A DNA stretch of 64,000 bases from positions 27,287 to 91,286 of IMG/VR virus record IMGVR_UViG_3300032246_001892. The stretch is one strand, 5' to 3'. The notes beneath the pieces are model-generated. The model did no database searches, was not told the origin of the DNA, and worked only from the letters and a program-made list of their open reading frames with translations. Below are positions 19,317 to 28,835 of the stretch, in pieces. The first letter of the stretch is position 1; each line of letters starts with the position of its first letter. The translations under genes were made by a program, and so were the position numbers. The stretch comes from a virus.

Positions 19317-20405
19317 ATGGAACCAATACACGGTATACATTTGGGGATGGTTGTAAGTGATGTAGCAGATCCAGAAGGAAGAAATAGAGTACAGGTTTAT
19401 GTTCCTTATTTGAGTAATACTTTATATACTGGTGTAAATCAAGAATTGAAAGATATGTCTTTCAAGAGTCCAGCAGATCTTAAAAAATTTGGTCTCTGGG
19501 ATAAACTTAAAAAAATACTCCCTTGGGCAGAAGCTGCAGCCCCTTGTTTTGGTGGTTCGAGTGGTATGTTTAATTCTTCGACTGGTGCTGGAGCAGTTAA
19601 TAGCGGATCTACGTTTAATGATGGTGGTAATGATGTTGACGTCACTAAAGAATTTCCTAGTAGTACTGCTAATATGGATCCATTAGGAAATACACAAACA
19701 GAATCAAAAAATGAATATTTTAGCAGTTCTTTTATAAATTTTGTAAAGGCTAAGGAAGGTTTTAGTGCTAAAGCTTATGGAGATAATACTCAAACTTCAA
19801 TAGGTTATGGTACAAGAGCTACGAGCCCCAATGAAGTTATAACAGAATCTGAAGCCGAAGCAAGGTTGGTCGCAGAATTATCTCAATCAGCATCAGAAAC
19901 TGATCGAAGATTATCTTCAAAGAATATACAATTAAACCAATATCAAAAAGAAGCTTTATATTCTTATACCTATAATAGAGGAGCTGGTGGATTAGATCAA
20001 CTTTTGAATAATTCTGGATCATCATGGGAGAGTATTTCTGCTAATATGCCTGTGTATTGGGGGAGTTATACACCTGCTCAGAGCGGATTAATAAATCGTA
20101 GAAATGACGAAGTTCAATATGCCAATAGTGGTGGCACATCTTTTAGTTCGCCAACCCAAACATCTTCAACCAAATTAGTAAGAATAGCAGATCGCTCTGC
20201 CGCTGATATTCAGGCTACTAATATAGGTACTCCTGGATCACCTTCTGGAGTATTTTCAACACCGTTACCTGGAGATAAAGTGTGGGTATTTTTCTTGGGC
20301 GGAGATATTCAAAGACCAGTTTACTTTGCTAAAGCAATTGAACCTGCTGATGCTTATGCTATGGCGGGTGAACCTCCTACTGGTGTTAACACCACTATTG
20401 CCTAA
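19317..20405 (+). CDS. gp5-like spike N-terminal OB-fold protein with inserted GH24 lysozyme
   Basis: DPEGRNRVQV...LPWA and GVFSTPLPGDKVWVFF...RPVYF flank KEGFSAKAYGDNTQTSIGYG...YNRG...GLINRRNDE. Confidence 0.8.
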   Translation: MEPIHGIHLGMVVSDVADPEGRNRVQVYVPYLSNTLYTGVNQELKDMSFKSPADLKKFGLWDKLKKILPWAEAAAPCFGGSSGMFNSSTGAGAVNSGSTFNDGGNDVDVTKEFPSSTANMDPLGNTQTESKNEYFSSSFINFVKAKEGFSAKAYGDNTQTSIGYGTRATSPNEVITESEAEARLVAELSQSASETDRRLSSKNIQLNQYQKEALYSYTYNRGAGGLDQLLNNSGSSWESISANMPVYWGSYTPAQSGLINRRNDEVQYANSGGTSFSSPTQTSSTKLVRIADRSAADIQATNIGTPGSPSGVFSTPLPGDKVWVFFLGGDIQRPVYFAKAIEPADAYAMAGEPPTGVNTTIA

Positions 20406-20412
20406 ATAAAAT

Positions 20413-22458
20413 ATGCCCGATCCGCTTCAAATTTCAAAAAACCAAGAAACCACAACGAATTCTATTAATTCTCGTTATAGTGGTATACAAATGGTTGACA
20501 GTAAAGTGGTCGATCCTAATGGTTCTCAAACCACAGATGATAGATCTTTTATTACTGGTCAGAATTCTTGGGGAACTCTTTGGAAGATGGTTAAAGGTAA
20601 TTTCTTGGTAAGAGCCTATAATAATATATCTCTTAATGCCAGTGGTGATGTTCATGTAACCGGTCACAATAAACAAGAAACTTTAACCGGAGATAAAGGT
20701 ATATACGTAAAAGGTAAAACCCAAAATCTCTCTGGAGAACAAGAAGATTCACATAAAGAGGCTTTATCAGAATATCAAACAGTTGTAAATGAAATTACAA
20801 AAAATTCTCATGATGCAATGCATAATACACAAGCAGAAAGAGTTGCTTGTCCTATTTGTGCACAAAAACATTTAGTAGATGATAAGAGTGATAATTGGGC
20901 AACCATTTTTGATTATCTTAATAAAATTTGTCCAGGTTATCTTGCAGGTCCTTTTCAAGCATTTAGGACTGTAATGAATAAGGTATATATACCTTTCTTA
21001 AGTCAAAAAAATACCATAGGCATGAATAGTGGTGAAGGATGTGGACCGGGTTGTGAAAATGGTATGCGTGAAGGATTATCTAATAAATTCCAAGCAAGTC
21101 AGAAGGCTGTTGAGAAAGGGTTTAAAGATAATGAAGATAAATTAAATAAAATATCAGAAAAATTAGGCAATCCTAGTCCTGTAGTACAAGGTCATAAAGA
21201 CAATGAAGTACAAATATATGGTCTTCCTGGGTCTGGTCAAGAAGTGAGTCCTTATGTACAAGTTAAAGGACAGTATAATACGATTCCTACACACTTCCTT
21301 GTTTCGCCTACTCAAAAGAATTCCTTAATTACAAAAACAAAAGGATCTTGCCCTAAGATTATATTTGTTCCTCCTACACAAATACCTACAGGGGCGTTGA
21401 TGTTTAATATTCAAAACAAATTTGATATTATTACTGGGGTAGGTGGCACTAATATTATTTCAACAGGGGAGATAGCTTTGAAAGGAGGATCAGCTCATAT
21501 TAATGGATCCCAAGGAGAAGCATCTATTACTTCTAACAATCTCACAACCATTGGAGGTAAAAATGTATTAATAACGGCAGATGATAGATCCGGAGATACT
21601 GGAGTCATGATACAATCAAAGCATACCTTTGTAGGAGGATCTTTAAATGTTACTGGTGATGTGGCACTTAAAGGCCATTTAACTACAGACGGTGCTCTTT
21701 CAGTTCCTTATATTATAGCACCTACACAAAGTGCAGAAACCACTTTAGCAGCTTCTTCTAAATACGCAACAGAGGGAGCTAATTGGGTTGGGGTTGGATT
21801 GGGTTTAAATACTACAAATTTTGTAAAAGATTTAGCAACTCAGTTTTTATTAAGACCTAGTTTTGCAATGACCGTGGATGGTATAACTAAAATAACCATG
21901 GAAACTTTTAATTTAATTATGATGGCTAGAACATTAGAATGGCCAGTACCAACCGGCATATTCTGGGGAGTTGGTGCAGGTTTCGGTGTTGTCGAAGTGC
22001 AAGGATTTGTTTGGAACTTTACACATAATCATACATTAGCCGGAAATAGTCACACTCATCAATTTGATCAGGTAAAGGGTAGCTATTATAAAACATTACA
22101 AGGTTGGGGTGGACAGAGAACTGCTGGTAGTCCAGCACCAACACCAGCACCGACACATGGAGATTATCCTTCACCAGGCCCTAATGCTAAGGGAGGTGGT
22201 TGTGGCGGTGGTGGTTTATATACCAAGGCACGTAACACGAAATATAATCTCGGGGATGGTGATCCTTTCAATGGTGGTAATTATGTGCCAGTTACTATTA
22301 ATAGAAATCCGGACGGTTCTTTAAACCCATCACCGTATTTTTCATGGACCGATACATACCCAGCACCTAAAATAACTCCTGGAGGTACAGATCCAAATAC
22401 TGGAAATATTATCCCAATTACAGACACTACAATACCCAGTGTTTCAGCTAATTGTTAA
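20413..22458 (+). CDS. gp5 C-terminal-like beta-helical central spike protein
   Basis: Beta-strand repeats (GSLNVTGDVALKGHLTTDG), HNH...HTH motifs; follows the OB-fold gene. Confidence 0.6.
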   Translation: MPDPLQISKNQETTTNSINSRYSGIQMVDSKVVDPNGSQTTDDRSFITGQNSWGTLWKMVKGNFLVRAYNNISLNASGDVHVTGHNKQETLTGDKGIYVKGKTQNLSGEQEDSHKEALSEYQTVVNEITKNSHDAMHNTQAERVACPICAQKHLVDDKSDNWATIFDYLNKICPGYLAGPFQAFRTVMNKVYIPFLSQKNTIGMNSGEGCGPGCENGMREGLSNKFQASQKAVEKGFKDNEDKLNKISEKLGNPSPVVQGHKDNEVQIYGLPGSGQEVSPYVQVKGQYNTIPTHFLVSPTQKNSLITKTKGSCPKIIFVPPTQIPTGALMFNIQNKFDIITGVGGTNIISTGEIALKGGSAHINGSQGEASITSNNLTTIGGKNVLITADDRSGDTGVMIQSKHTFVGGSLNVTGDVALKGHLTTDGALSVPYIIAPTQSAETTLAASSKYATEGANWVGVGLGLNTTNFVKDLATQFLLRPSFAMTVDGITKITMETFNLIMMARTLEWPVPTGIFWGVGAGFGVVEVQGFVWNFTHNHTLAGNSHTHQFDQVKGSYYKTLQGWGGQRTAGSPAPTPAPTHGDYPSPGPNAKGGGCGGGGLYTKARNTKYNLGDGDPFNGGNYVPVTINRNPDGSLNPSPYFSWTDTYPAPKITPGGTDPNTGNIIPITDTTIPSVSANC

Positions 22459-23174
22459 AGCTTGGTGTAATCAGGAAGAGGAGCTCCCATCATTTCAATA
22501 ATGGTTGGGAGGTCTGCTTCACTTTCACCTGGAGTCGTTCCTAATCTTGTATAAGGAGTAACTCCTAATTGAGATGCGATATAATTCATTTGATCGTAGT
22601 AGTAACGATAATATCTATTGCTTTGACCACTTTTTGTCAATTTAATGTACATCACCTTAATAAGTGACATATCTACTAAAGAAATAGTCCATCCTTTTAT
22701 CACTTCTCTTTGAAGAAATGCTACAAAATTATTAACATGGTTTTGTAAGGTGACTGCTGATAAATTTTGGATGAATGTAATAATTTCTTGTGGTTGTATT
22801 ACATTTAAATTGACATTAGATGAACAGTTTGTGGTGGTTTTAACAATAGGGTTTCCGTCGGTGTCACAAATATATTCGTTTATAATTTGACACCCACCAG
22901 CTGCTGCTACTTCCTCGTACAACTGTATTCTGGGAATAAATTCTGCATAAACTGCTGACAATACAATACCCAAAGACAATCTACCATCACCTACATCCAT
23001 GAAGTCCAAAGGATTTACGCCTAAATCATTGTTATCAACCTCGTTGTTTCTAATCCAAGGATCATACGAACCATCCCCTCCAAGTGCGTCCTGAGATAAA
23101 TCCGTAAAAAACGCCTGACTATTAAAATTTAATGGATTGGATGTTAGATAAGGAAAACTAGTGGATAACGACAT
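22455..23174 (-). CDS. hypothetical protein
   Basis: 239-aa ORF. Confidence 0.55.
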   Translation of the reverse strand: MSLSTSFPYLTSNPLNFNSQAFFTDLSQDALGGDGSYDPWIRNNEVDNNDLGVNPLDFMDVGDGRLSLGIVLSAVYAEFIPRIQLYEEVAAAGGCQIINEYICDTDGNPIVKTTTNCSSNVNLNVIQPQEIITFIQNLSAVTLQNHVNNFVAFLQREVIKGWTISLVDMSLIKVMYIKLTKSGQSNRYYRYYYDQMNYIASQLGVTPYTRLGTTPGESEADLPTIIEMMGAPLPDYTKL

Positions 23175-23182
23175 ATATCTAA

Positions 23183-23587
23183 TTAGTCTAAAAAGTTATT
23201 TTGCTGTTGCTGTTGTATAAAGATAGTTTTTAAGAACTCTAATATTGCGTCCTTGTCTTTTGGAGACTTGTAATGTTGTACTACAACTCTCTCACCATCG
23301 GTATTATATCCAAATAACATAAATGTATCTAGATATTCTGTAATAACATTTCTTAAGACTGTTAAGTCTCTTATTGCTATTTTAGTTTCAAATTCTGATT
23401 CTTTGGACCACTTGTCAAGACCTTTCTGCAACTCAGCGTTATTAATAGCATTAAACAGATTATTTTTAATTTCATCCAGAGATTTGGGGTTTTTATGTGT
23501 TTGCAGAGAGGCAGAAAGAGAAGGAACTACTGTTAAAGATAGTTCCTTCTTTTTTGTTTTTTTAGGCCTTTTTTTAGGCTCCGGCAT
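23183..23587 (-). CDS. hypothetical protein
   Basis: Likely start is ATG at 23587 (MPEPKK), overlapping the end of the upstream gene. Confidence 0.55.
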   Translation of the reverse strand: MPEPKKRPKKTKKKELSLTVVPSLSASLQTHKNPKSLDEIKNNLFNAINNAELQKGLDKWSKESEFETKIAIRDLTVLRNVITEYLDTFMLFGYNTDGERVVVQHYKSPKDKDAILEFLKTIFIQQQQQNNFLD

Positions 23588-23897
23588 AGGTCGAAGCCTT
23601 ATTATTGATACCAAATTTCACCAGGTATTCAACAATGACTTCAATTGAGCTGGTCCTAATCTTGAAATGATCTGGAATAAACTGACCTCCATCATGCATT
23701 TCAAAATACTCTTCACCAATATCATTATGATTATTAAAACAAGTAATGAAGATGGTTGCTACTTGTGGATCTACAATAACCGTCCAAGAACGAGGATCCT
23801 GGAAACCATAGTCGCTAAAAAGCTTATCGGCTACGTATCCACTATCTCTCAGTCGCTTGATAAAGTAACTGCATGTTGTTATTTTGTTCTTTGCCAT
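23574..23897 (-). CDS. hypothetical protein
   Basis: 107-aa ORF preceded by TAAATA. Confidence 0.6.
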   Translation of the reverse strand: MAKNKITTCSYFIKRLRDSGYVADKLFSDYGFQDPRSWTVIVDPQVATIFITCFNNHNDIGEEYFEMHDGGQFIPDHFKIRTSSIEVIVEYLVKFGINNKASTYAGA

Positions 23898-23920
23898 ATA
23901 TTTTATTTAATTAGTTGTGT

Positions 23921-24676
23921 TTATTTTACTAGAGCTGAAACAATATATTTCAACTCAACTTCATCATCTTCTTTATTTTGAAAGATGAAAACTTTATACT
24001 GATTATTAATTTTTACTTTAATATCAGTTTTGCACGAAGCAAGATTTTTAAAGATCTCTACGTTTACAGGAAGAGCTTCTGAGATATCTGAACCAATAAA
24101 TGAATCTGATATAACTAACGTCATATTATCAACATTCTGTAATGTTCGGTCATTGATCTCTGCATATACCTTTCCTTCTTTGGTAAAGAAGTAGATCTTA
24201 GTAAGATCTGAAGCAAACGCATAACCTGCCATGATCTGTTTGATTTTACTTGTGCTTAAAACAAATTCTGTATCAAACTTAATCTGTGAAAATTTATTAA
24301 GATTTACAGGTGTTTCTCTAATAACACTGTCATCAACTAAATGGTATTTGAAGAAAGTCTTTTCATTATCTGGAGACTTAACTTCACACTTAATACTATT
24401 GATATTGTACTCTATAGAGAACTCTCCATCATCTCCTAGACATTCCAGTCCAGATAGTAATTTCTTTATACTAATGAGATTTAGTCTTACTGCTTCATTC
24501 AAAGTGAATGGAAGCGTAGTTTTAGCGTAAAGAATCACGGTATTATCCGGAGACGAACAGACAGAATACAAATCATTCTTGTCTGCTTTTAACACACAAC
24601 TCTCAGTAAGCCTATTTACAGGCTTGAGTAACTTCTCTAAGAAGCTCTTAGGAAGCGGTATATGAATGGCTGACAC
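23921..24676 (-). CDS. gp45: sliding clamp (T4 gp45-like)
   Basis: 251 aa, two-domain beta/alpha pattern, KYHLVD, C-terminal LKYIVSAL; replication context. Confidence 0.65.
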   Translation of the reverse strand: MSAIHIPLPKSFLEKLLKPVNRLTESCVLKADKNDLYSVCSSPDNTVILYAKTTLPFTLNEAVRLNLISIKKLLSGLECLGDDGEFSIEYNINSIKCEVKSPDNEKTFFKYHLVDDSVIRETPVNLNKFSQIKFDTEFVLSTSKIKQIMAGYAFASDLTKIYFFTKEGKVYAEINDRTLQNVDNMTLVISDSFIGSDISEALPVNVEIFKNLASCKTDIKVKINNQYKVFIFQNKEDDEVELKYIVSALVK

Positions 24677-24689
24677 TTAAATTAATAGG

Positions 24690-25175
24690 TTAATTGGTTT
24701 TATTTTTTTCATTAAAGGTATTAAATACCTTGCCGAGCATTCCGGCCATCTTAGTTAGAGTAGCATTCATCCTTTCTAACTGAGATCTAATTGCTTGAAT
24801 ATCTTCATTGGTAGCTGCTACAGTCGGTTGAGGAGCTGCATTCTGTACTAATGGAGTTACGTTGGGTTGATTCGGTAATGATACTGGAGGAGGCATTGGA
24901 ATCATCTGAGCTCCAATGGATGTATCAGGTACTTGCTCTAAGGCTAGCCTCTCTACATCTTCATAAGCCTTTAACATAGCCGGTGACACTCCTGTGGTCA
25001 CCGGCTGGTTAAAGTTGGCTGGTTGGCCTACAATAGAAGCAACAAACTTATTCATGTCGATTTTATTAGCAGGGTTATTACTTCTCTCCATAGTCATATT
25101 ATCTACTCCGTGAAGATGGGTTCCTACCATTCTGGCTAACATAGCCGCTTCGTATGCTTGTTGCTTCTGGTCCAT
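24690..25175 (-). CDS. hypothetical protein
   Basis: 161 aa, Pro-rich linker and C-terminal coiled coil. Confidence 0.55.
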   Translation of the reverse strand: MDQKQQAYEAAMLARMVGTHLHGVDNMTMERSNNPANKIDMNKFVASIVGQPANFNQPVTTGVSPAMLKAYEDVERLALEQVPDTSIGAQMIPMPPPVSLPNQPNVTPLVQNAAPQPTVAATNEDIQAIRSQLERMNATLTKMAGMLGKVFNTFNEKNKTN

Positions 25176-25179
25176 ATTT

Positions 25180-26025
25180 TTACCTCAGGTCTCTACCTGC
25201 GTTGATTACACTGACTGCAATAGAGGAATGGATACTCTCGAAGTGATTAACAATTACGAGGTAATCATTAATACGACCATCAAGATCAGTATCTAACTCT
25301 ACTGCAACCTTACGGACCATATCTTCGACGAAGACTGGATTCTCATACATAAGCTCTGTCTGATAAGCCTCATCAACACGCTTAAGGGCGTTAACGATAG
25401 GTGCTGAGCAACTACGCTCAACTGCACCAATAAGCTCCTCAAACCAATATACATCCTTACCGTCAACACCTGTGTGGTTGAGTTCAACGGTAACGTCTGC
25501 ATAAGACTGCTGATTATGAGCTCCATAATCACTGATCTCCTTAGAGCAGGGGCAGAGGGAAGCGTAAAGAACATTAGCGTGGAGATAGAACTTCTTCTCT
25601 CCGTTAATGAGTCTACCCTCAAATGAACCTTGATAATCCATATGAGACTTGACCTTAGAGACTGGTGCCTCCTTGATCATGAAGTAATCAAACTTGATCT
25701 TAATGTAAGCGTTCTGAGACTTCAGACGATTCTTACACTCATCAAGGAGAAGATCCATAACCTGATCAATACGATGGGTCTTGTTAGCAAGAACCTCTTC
25801 AACCAGGATACGATAGCGACTCATGTTTGTACCCTTAACCTCTGGAGTGAGATCGGTATACATACTAATGATTGCTTTAGTAGGGTTAATGGTTCCATCT
25901 TGTCTAATAATTTCCATAGGAACTACGATATTCCTAGAACCAACTTTAGGAATATACTTCTTAGGGAAACCATCCAGCGTATTTTGAATGTCTGGAATGT
26001 CGTCGTTTGTTTTTACTCTTGGCAT
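25180..26025 (-). CDS. folE2: GTP cyclohydrolase IB (FolE2)
   Basis: PDIQ, KGTNMSR, LCPCSKEIS, GAHNQ, LKRVDE, ENPVFVEDMVR, FESIH; start reassigned to ATG 26025 (MPRVK). Confidence 0.92.
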   Translation of the reverse strand: MPRVKTNDDIPDIQNTLDGFPKKYIPKVGSRNIVVPMEIIRQDGTINPTKAIISMYTDLTPEVKGTNMSRYRILVEEVLANKTHRIDQVMDLLLDECKNRLKSQNAYIKIKFDYFMIKEAPVSKVKSHMDYQGSFEGRLINGEKKFYLHANVLYASLCPCSKEISDYGAHNQQSYADVTVELNHTGVDGKDVYWFEELIGAVERSCSAPIVNALKRVDEAYQTELMYENPVFVEDMVRKVAVELDTDLDGRINDYLVIVNHFESIHSSIAVSVINAGRDLR

Positions 26026-26047
26026 ATATTTGTTTGTTTGTTGTTTA
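26026..26047 (-). repeat. (AAAC)n-like low-structure leader of folE2
   Basis: Minus strand reads aaacaacaaacaaacaaatatATG. Confidence 0.6.
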
Positions 26048-26053
26048 ATTGAA

Positions 26054-26920
26054 TTAAAGATCCTTGAGAATATCTTGGATACGGTCATTTTGATCTGAAA
26101 GAACATCGTTATTATCATCTACAACTGTAGAAGATGCAACCGACTTTGTTGTAGTAGGAACAATATATTCCTCTTCAACTTCTAATACAGAAGCTACAGA
26201 AGCTGCTGGTGCTTCTTCCTCACCAAGGAAGTGAACCTTAAGCATCTTGTTAATGTCTTCTGTAGTCTTATGCTCAAAGATAGAATCAAGAGGCTTGAAA
26301 GACTTATAAATCTCTTCAAGATCCGTTGCACCTTCAAGAGGAGAAGCAGAAATGAACTTGGAAGAAACATATGTAGGATATCCACCCTCATTTGCCTCTA
26401 CCTTGATACGGAGATTACAACCCTTCTCTGAGAGATCAAAGATCCTAGATCCGAATTCATCTGCATCATCACCGCTAATAGCATCTGTAATGACTTTATT
26501 AAGCTGCTTACCAAAACGAAGAATCTTGGTCTGACCCTGATTGTCAGGGTTAGTTGGATCCTTAATAACGTAAACATTGGCTAACCAATTTTCATTACGC
26601 TTGATTGGAGCAATGCGCTTAATCTCACCCTCATTATTGGTACGATAAATCTTGGAGCGATACTCATCAATAGGGCAACGTTCGCCATATGTCGTAGGAC
26701 ACAAGACTGAAACAAGTTGATTAGTGACAACACTCTTCCAGAGATGATGGAAGTAGTGAAAGAGCGTACGCTCTGGTGCTTCAATGTTAGGAATCAGGCG
26801 TACCAAATAGGTATTACCAATCTCCAGTTTCATAAAGTCTCTGAATCCGCTCTCTGCGGTAGAAGACTTCTTATTAAGAGCCTCTTTAATAGACTCGAAT
26901 AGGTTGTTGTTGTATTTCAT
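26054..26920 (-). CDS. gp32: single-stranded DNA-binding protein (T4 gp32-like)
   Basis: YLVRLIP, H...CPTTYGERCPI, NVYVIKDP, IFDL..GCNLRIK, YPTY, acidic tail ending DILKDL. Confidence 0.9.
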   Translation of the reverse strand: MKYNNNLFESIKEALNKKSSTAESGFRDFMKLEIGNTYLVRLIPNIEAPERTLFHYFHHLWKSVVTNQLVSVLCPTTYGERCPIDEYRSKIYRTNNEGEIKRIAPIKRNENWLANVYVIKDPTNPDNQGQTKILRFGKQLNKVITDAISGDDADEFGSRIFDLSEKGCNLRIKVEANEGGYPTYVSSKFISASPLEGATDLEEIYKSFKPLDSIFEHKTTEDINKMLKVHFLGEEEAPAASVASVLEVEEEYIVPTTTKSVASSTVVDDNNDVLSDQNDRIQDILKDL

Positions 26921-26948
26921 ATGTTGTTTGTTTTGTTTTTGTTTGTTT
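26921..26948 (-). repeat. (AAAC)n-like low-structure leader of gp32
   Basis: Minus strand reads aaacaaacaaaaacaaaacaaacaacatATG. Confidence 0.6.
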
Positions 26949-26957
26949 AATATTATA

Positions 26958-27614
26958 TTAAGATGAAACCCTTTTCAACTCTTCTATAATAAAATTCTTA
27001 ATTTTGTTTGTAGCCTCTTTAGTAAAGGCTTTTGTTTTTGGTGAATTGTGATATCTGGTTTTGTAAGCATTTAAATTATCTGTTAAATTAGGAGCCCATA
27101 AAGCCTGTTCATCTTCGCTTAAATTATAAACACTAGATAGATCACCAAGCTCCATTATACTATAAGGACTTATATTATGCTCCCTATAATGTTGAGTCCA
27201 AGCTGGCATTCTACCAATTTTAAAATTTAAGTATTGATTCAGAGTTATTTTATTCCTGAGACAGAAAAGAGCAACGAAGCGTAAACTATCTTTAATCTTG
27301 TCTAATTGTTTATCCGGAGACTGACTCTCTAATTGTTGTTGATAGAGGCTATAAGTTCTAATTGCTGCACGAGTGATGAAAAATTTAAGTGGAGGGCACT
27401 TTTCATCTGGGTGTAATCCACGAGGAGCACCGAAGAATTCATCCCATTTAATATGAGAAAATTTAGCAAAGAAATTACTCAGTCTCTTGAGCAAGACTAC
27501 ATTTTCAGGAGTAATATCTGAAAAATCTTTTCTAGGTTGATAAGGCAACCCATTACGGAAATGTTTAAGAAAGCAATTATATATATCTTGCTCTACTTTA
27601 TTCAATTGATTCAA
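26958..27614 (-). CDS. possible helicase loader (gp59-like)
   Basis: 218 aa, directly upstream of gp32 as T4 gene 59 is; only weak N-terminal resemblance. Confidence 0.4.
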   Translation of the reverse strand: MNQLNKVEQDIYNCFLKHFRNGLPYQPRKDFSDITPENVVLLKRLSNFFAKFSHIKWDEFFGAPRGLHPDEKCPPLKFFITRAAIRTYSLYQQQLESQSPDKQLDKIKDSLRFVALFCLRNKITLNQYLNFKIGRMPAWTQHYREHNISPYSIMELGDLSSVYNLSEDEQALWAPNLTDNLNAYKTRYHNSPKTKAFTKEATNKIKNFIIEELKRVSS

Positions 27615-27918
27615 TTTGTTTGGATTTTGGCTTGTTTAGTTTTGATCGGAAAATCTTTTTATAAATATTAGGAGTACTTCCTAAATAGGCACGCATAATA
27701 TTTTGTAAACTATAGTCTCCGAGTATTTCAAAATATAATTTTTGCGTTCTTTTGTCTTCTATAAGGAATTTAAGAAAATTTAAATAATTGAATTTCTTGC
27801 CTCGTGCAATGCATACGAAAGAAGCAAACTTCATAGTAATGTCTTCAAATTCTGAAAGATCAAATACATCTGAAGGGTTTACATTTTCGTCTATCTGTTG
27901 TGAAGATGTGATAATCAT
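27598..27918 (-). CDS. hypothetical protein
   Basis: 106-aa ORF overlapping both neighbours. Confidence 0.55.
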   Translation of the reverse strand: MIITSSQQIDENVNPSDVFDLSEFEDITMKFASFVCIARGKKFNYLNFLKFLIEDKRTQKLYFEILGDYSLQNIMRAYLGSTPNIYKKIFRSKLNKPKSKQIESIE

Positions 27919-28805
27919 AGTGGTTTTAAATTCTTAGTAACTTCCATAAAGAGAGGTGTTATTTTACCTCCAGCGGCATATTCATGGCCACCACCTTCAC
28001 ATAATCTTTCTGCAAAAGCCCCTACATCAATAGGGTCGGTTTTAGTACATTGTCTTATAGATACCTTTTCGTTTTTGGTATTTATAAAAAAGAAAATATC
28101 TGGTGCATATTTTTGAATTAGAATATCCATTACCTGTGGTACTATTCTTTCAACCATACCTGCATATACTTTCTTCTGCTTTCCTCCTATGGTAAGTTCT
28201 CCATAAAAAAGAGGTATTTTTTCAGCTTCTATTGAAGCTTCTCTCTTTATAAAATCTATGGCTCTCCTTTGTTCAGGAGTTATTTTTTTAAATCCTTTAC
28301 TATAATCTTTAATAAATTCTGAGAACTTATTACGATATTGAGACCAAAATAAAATGTTTAAATCGTAAGAATCTGGAATTTGTAATTTATAAGAATCAAA
28401 ATCATCAGCCAAGGCTATTAACATTTTTTGTTCTTGTGTTAATTCTGGAGAGGAGTCAGCAAATAATTTCCTTACTAAAAGAGAATTTGAAGAATATTCC
28501 TTACACAACACTTTAGATTTATTAAATCTATTAACAAAATTTAATGATGTTTTGTGATGATCTATAATAGTAATATTACTTTCATTTAAAAAAGGTAAAA
28601 ATTCTTCTCTTAAAGCAATATCTAAAACAAAGGTAGTTGGCTTATTATGAGTATTAGAAATATTATCTCTAATTTTATCTACTACTTCTAAATTATTGAC
28701 CGGAAAATAATGGAAAGTATCATCAGGTCTTGACCACATTAATGTCAAAAGGCTTACAGCTCCATCTAAATCATTATGAGTAAATACGTGATAGCATTTT
28801 GACAT
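27915..28805 (-). CDS. DHH/DHHA1 family phosphoesterase
   Basis: THNDLDG, LDIA, IDHH, SIR, GGGHEYAAG. Confidence 0.88.
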   Translation of the reverse strand: MSKCYHVFTHNDLDGAVSLLTLMWSRPDDTFHYFPVNNLEVVDKIRDNISNTHNKPTTFVLDIALREEFLPFLNESNITIIDHHKTSLNFVNRFNKSKVLCKEYSSNSLLVRKLFADSSPELTQEQKMLIALADDFDSYKLQIPDSYDLNILFWSQYRNKFSEFIKDYSKGFKKITPEQRRAIDFIKREASIEAEKIPLFYGELTIGGKQKKVYAGMVERIVPQVMDILIQKYAPDIFFFINTKNEKVSIRQCTKTDPIDVGAFAERLCEGGGHEYAAGGKITPLFMEVTKNLKPL

Positions 28806-28835
28806 ATCTACTATTTAATATGAGGTTATTAACTT

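Noticed and set aside
27598-27918. gp33 late co-activator call from synteny
   Set aside because: Size and position fit, but I recognise no sequence motif
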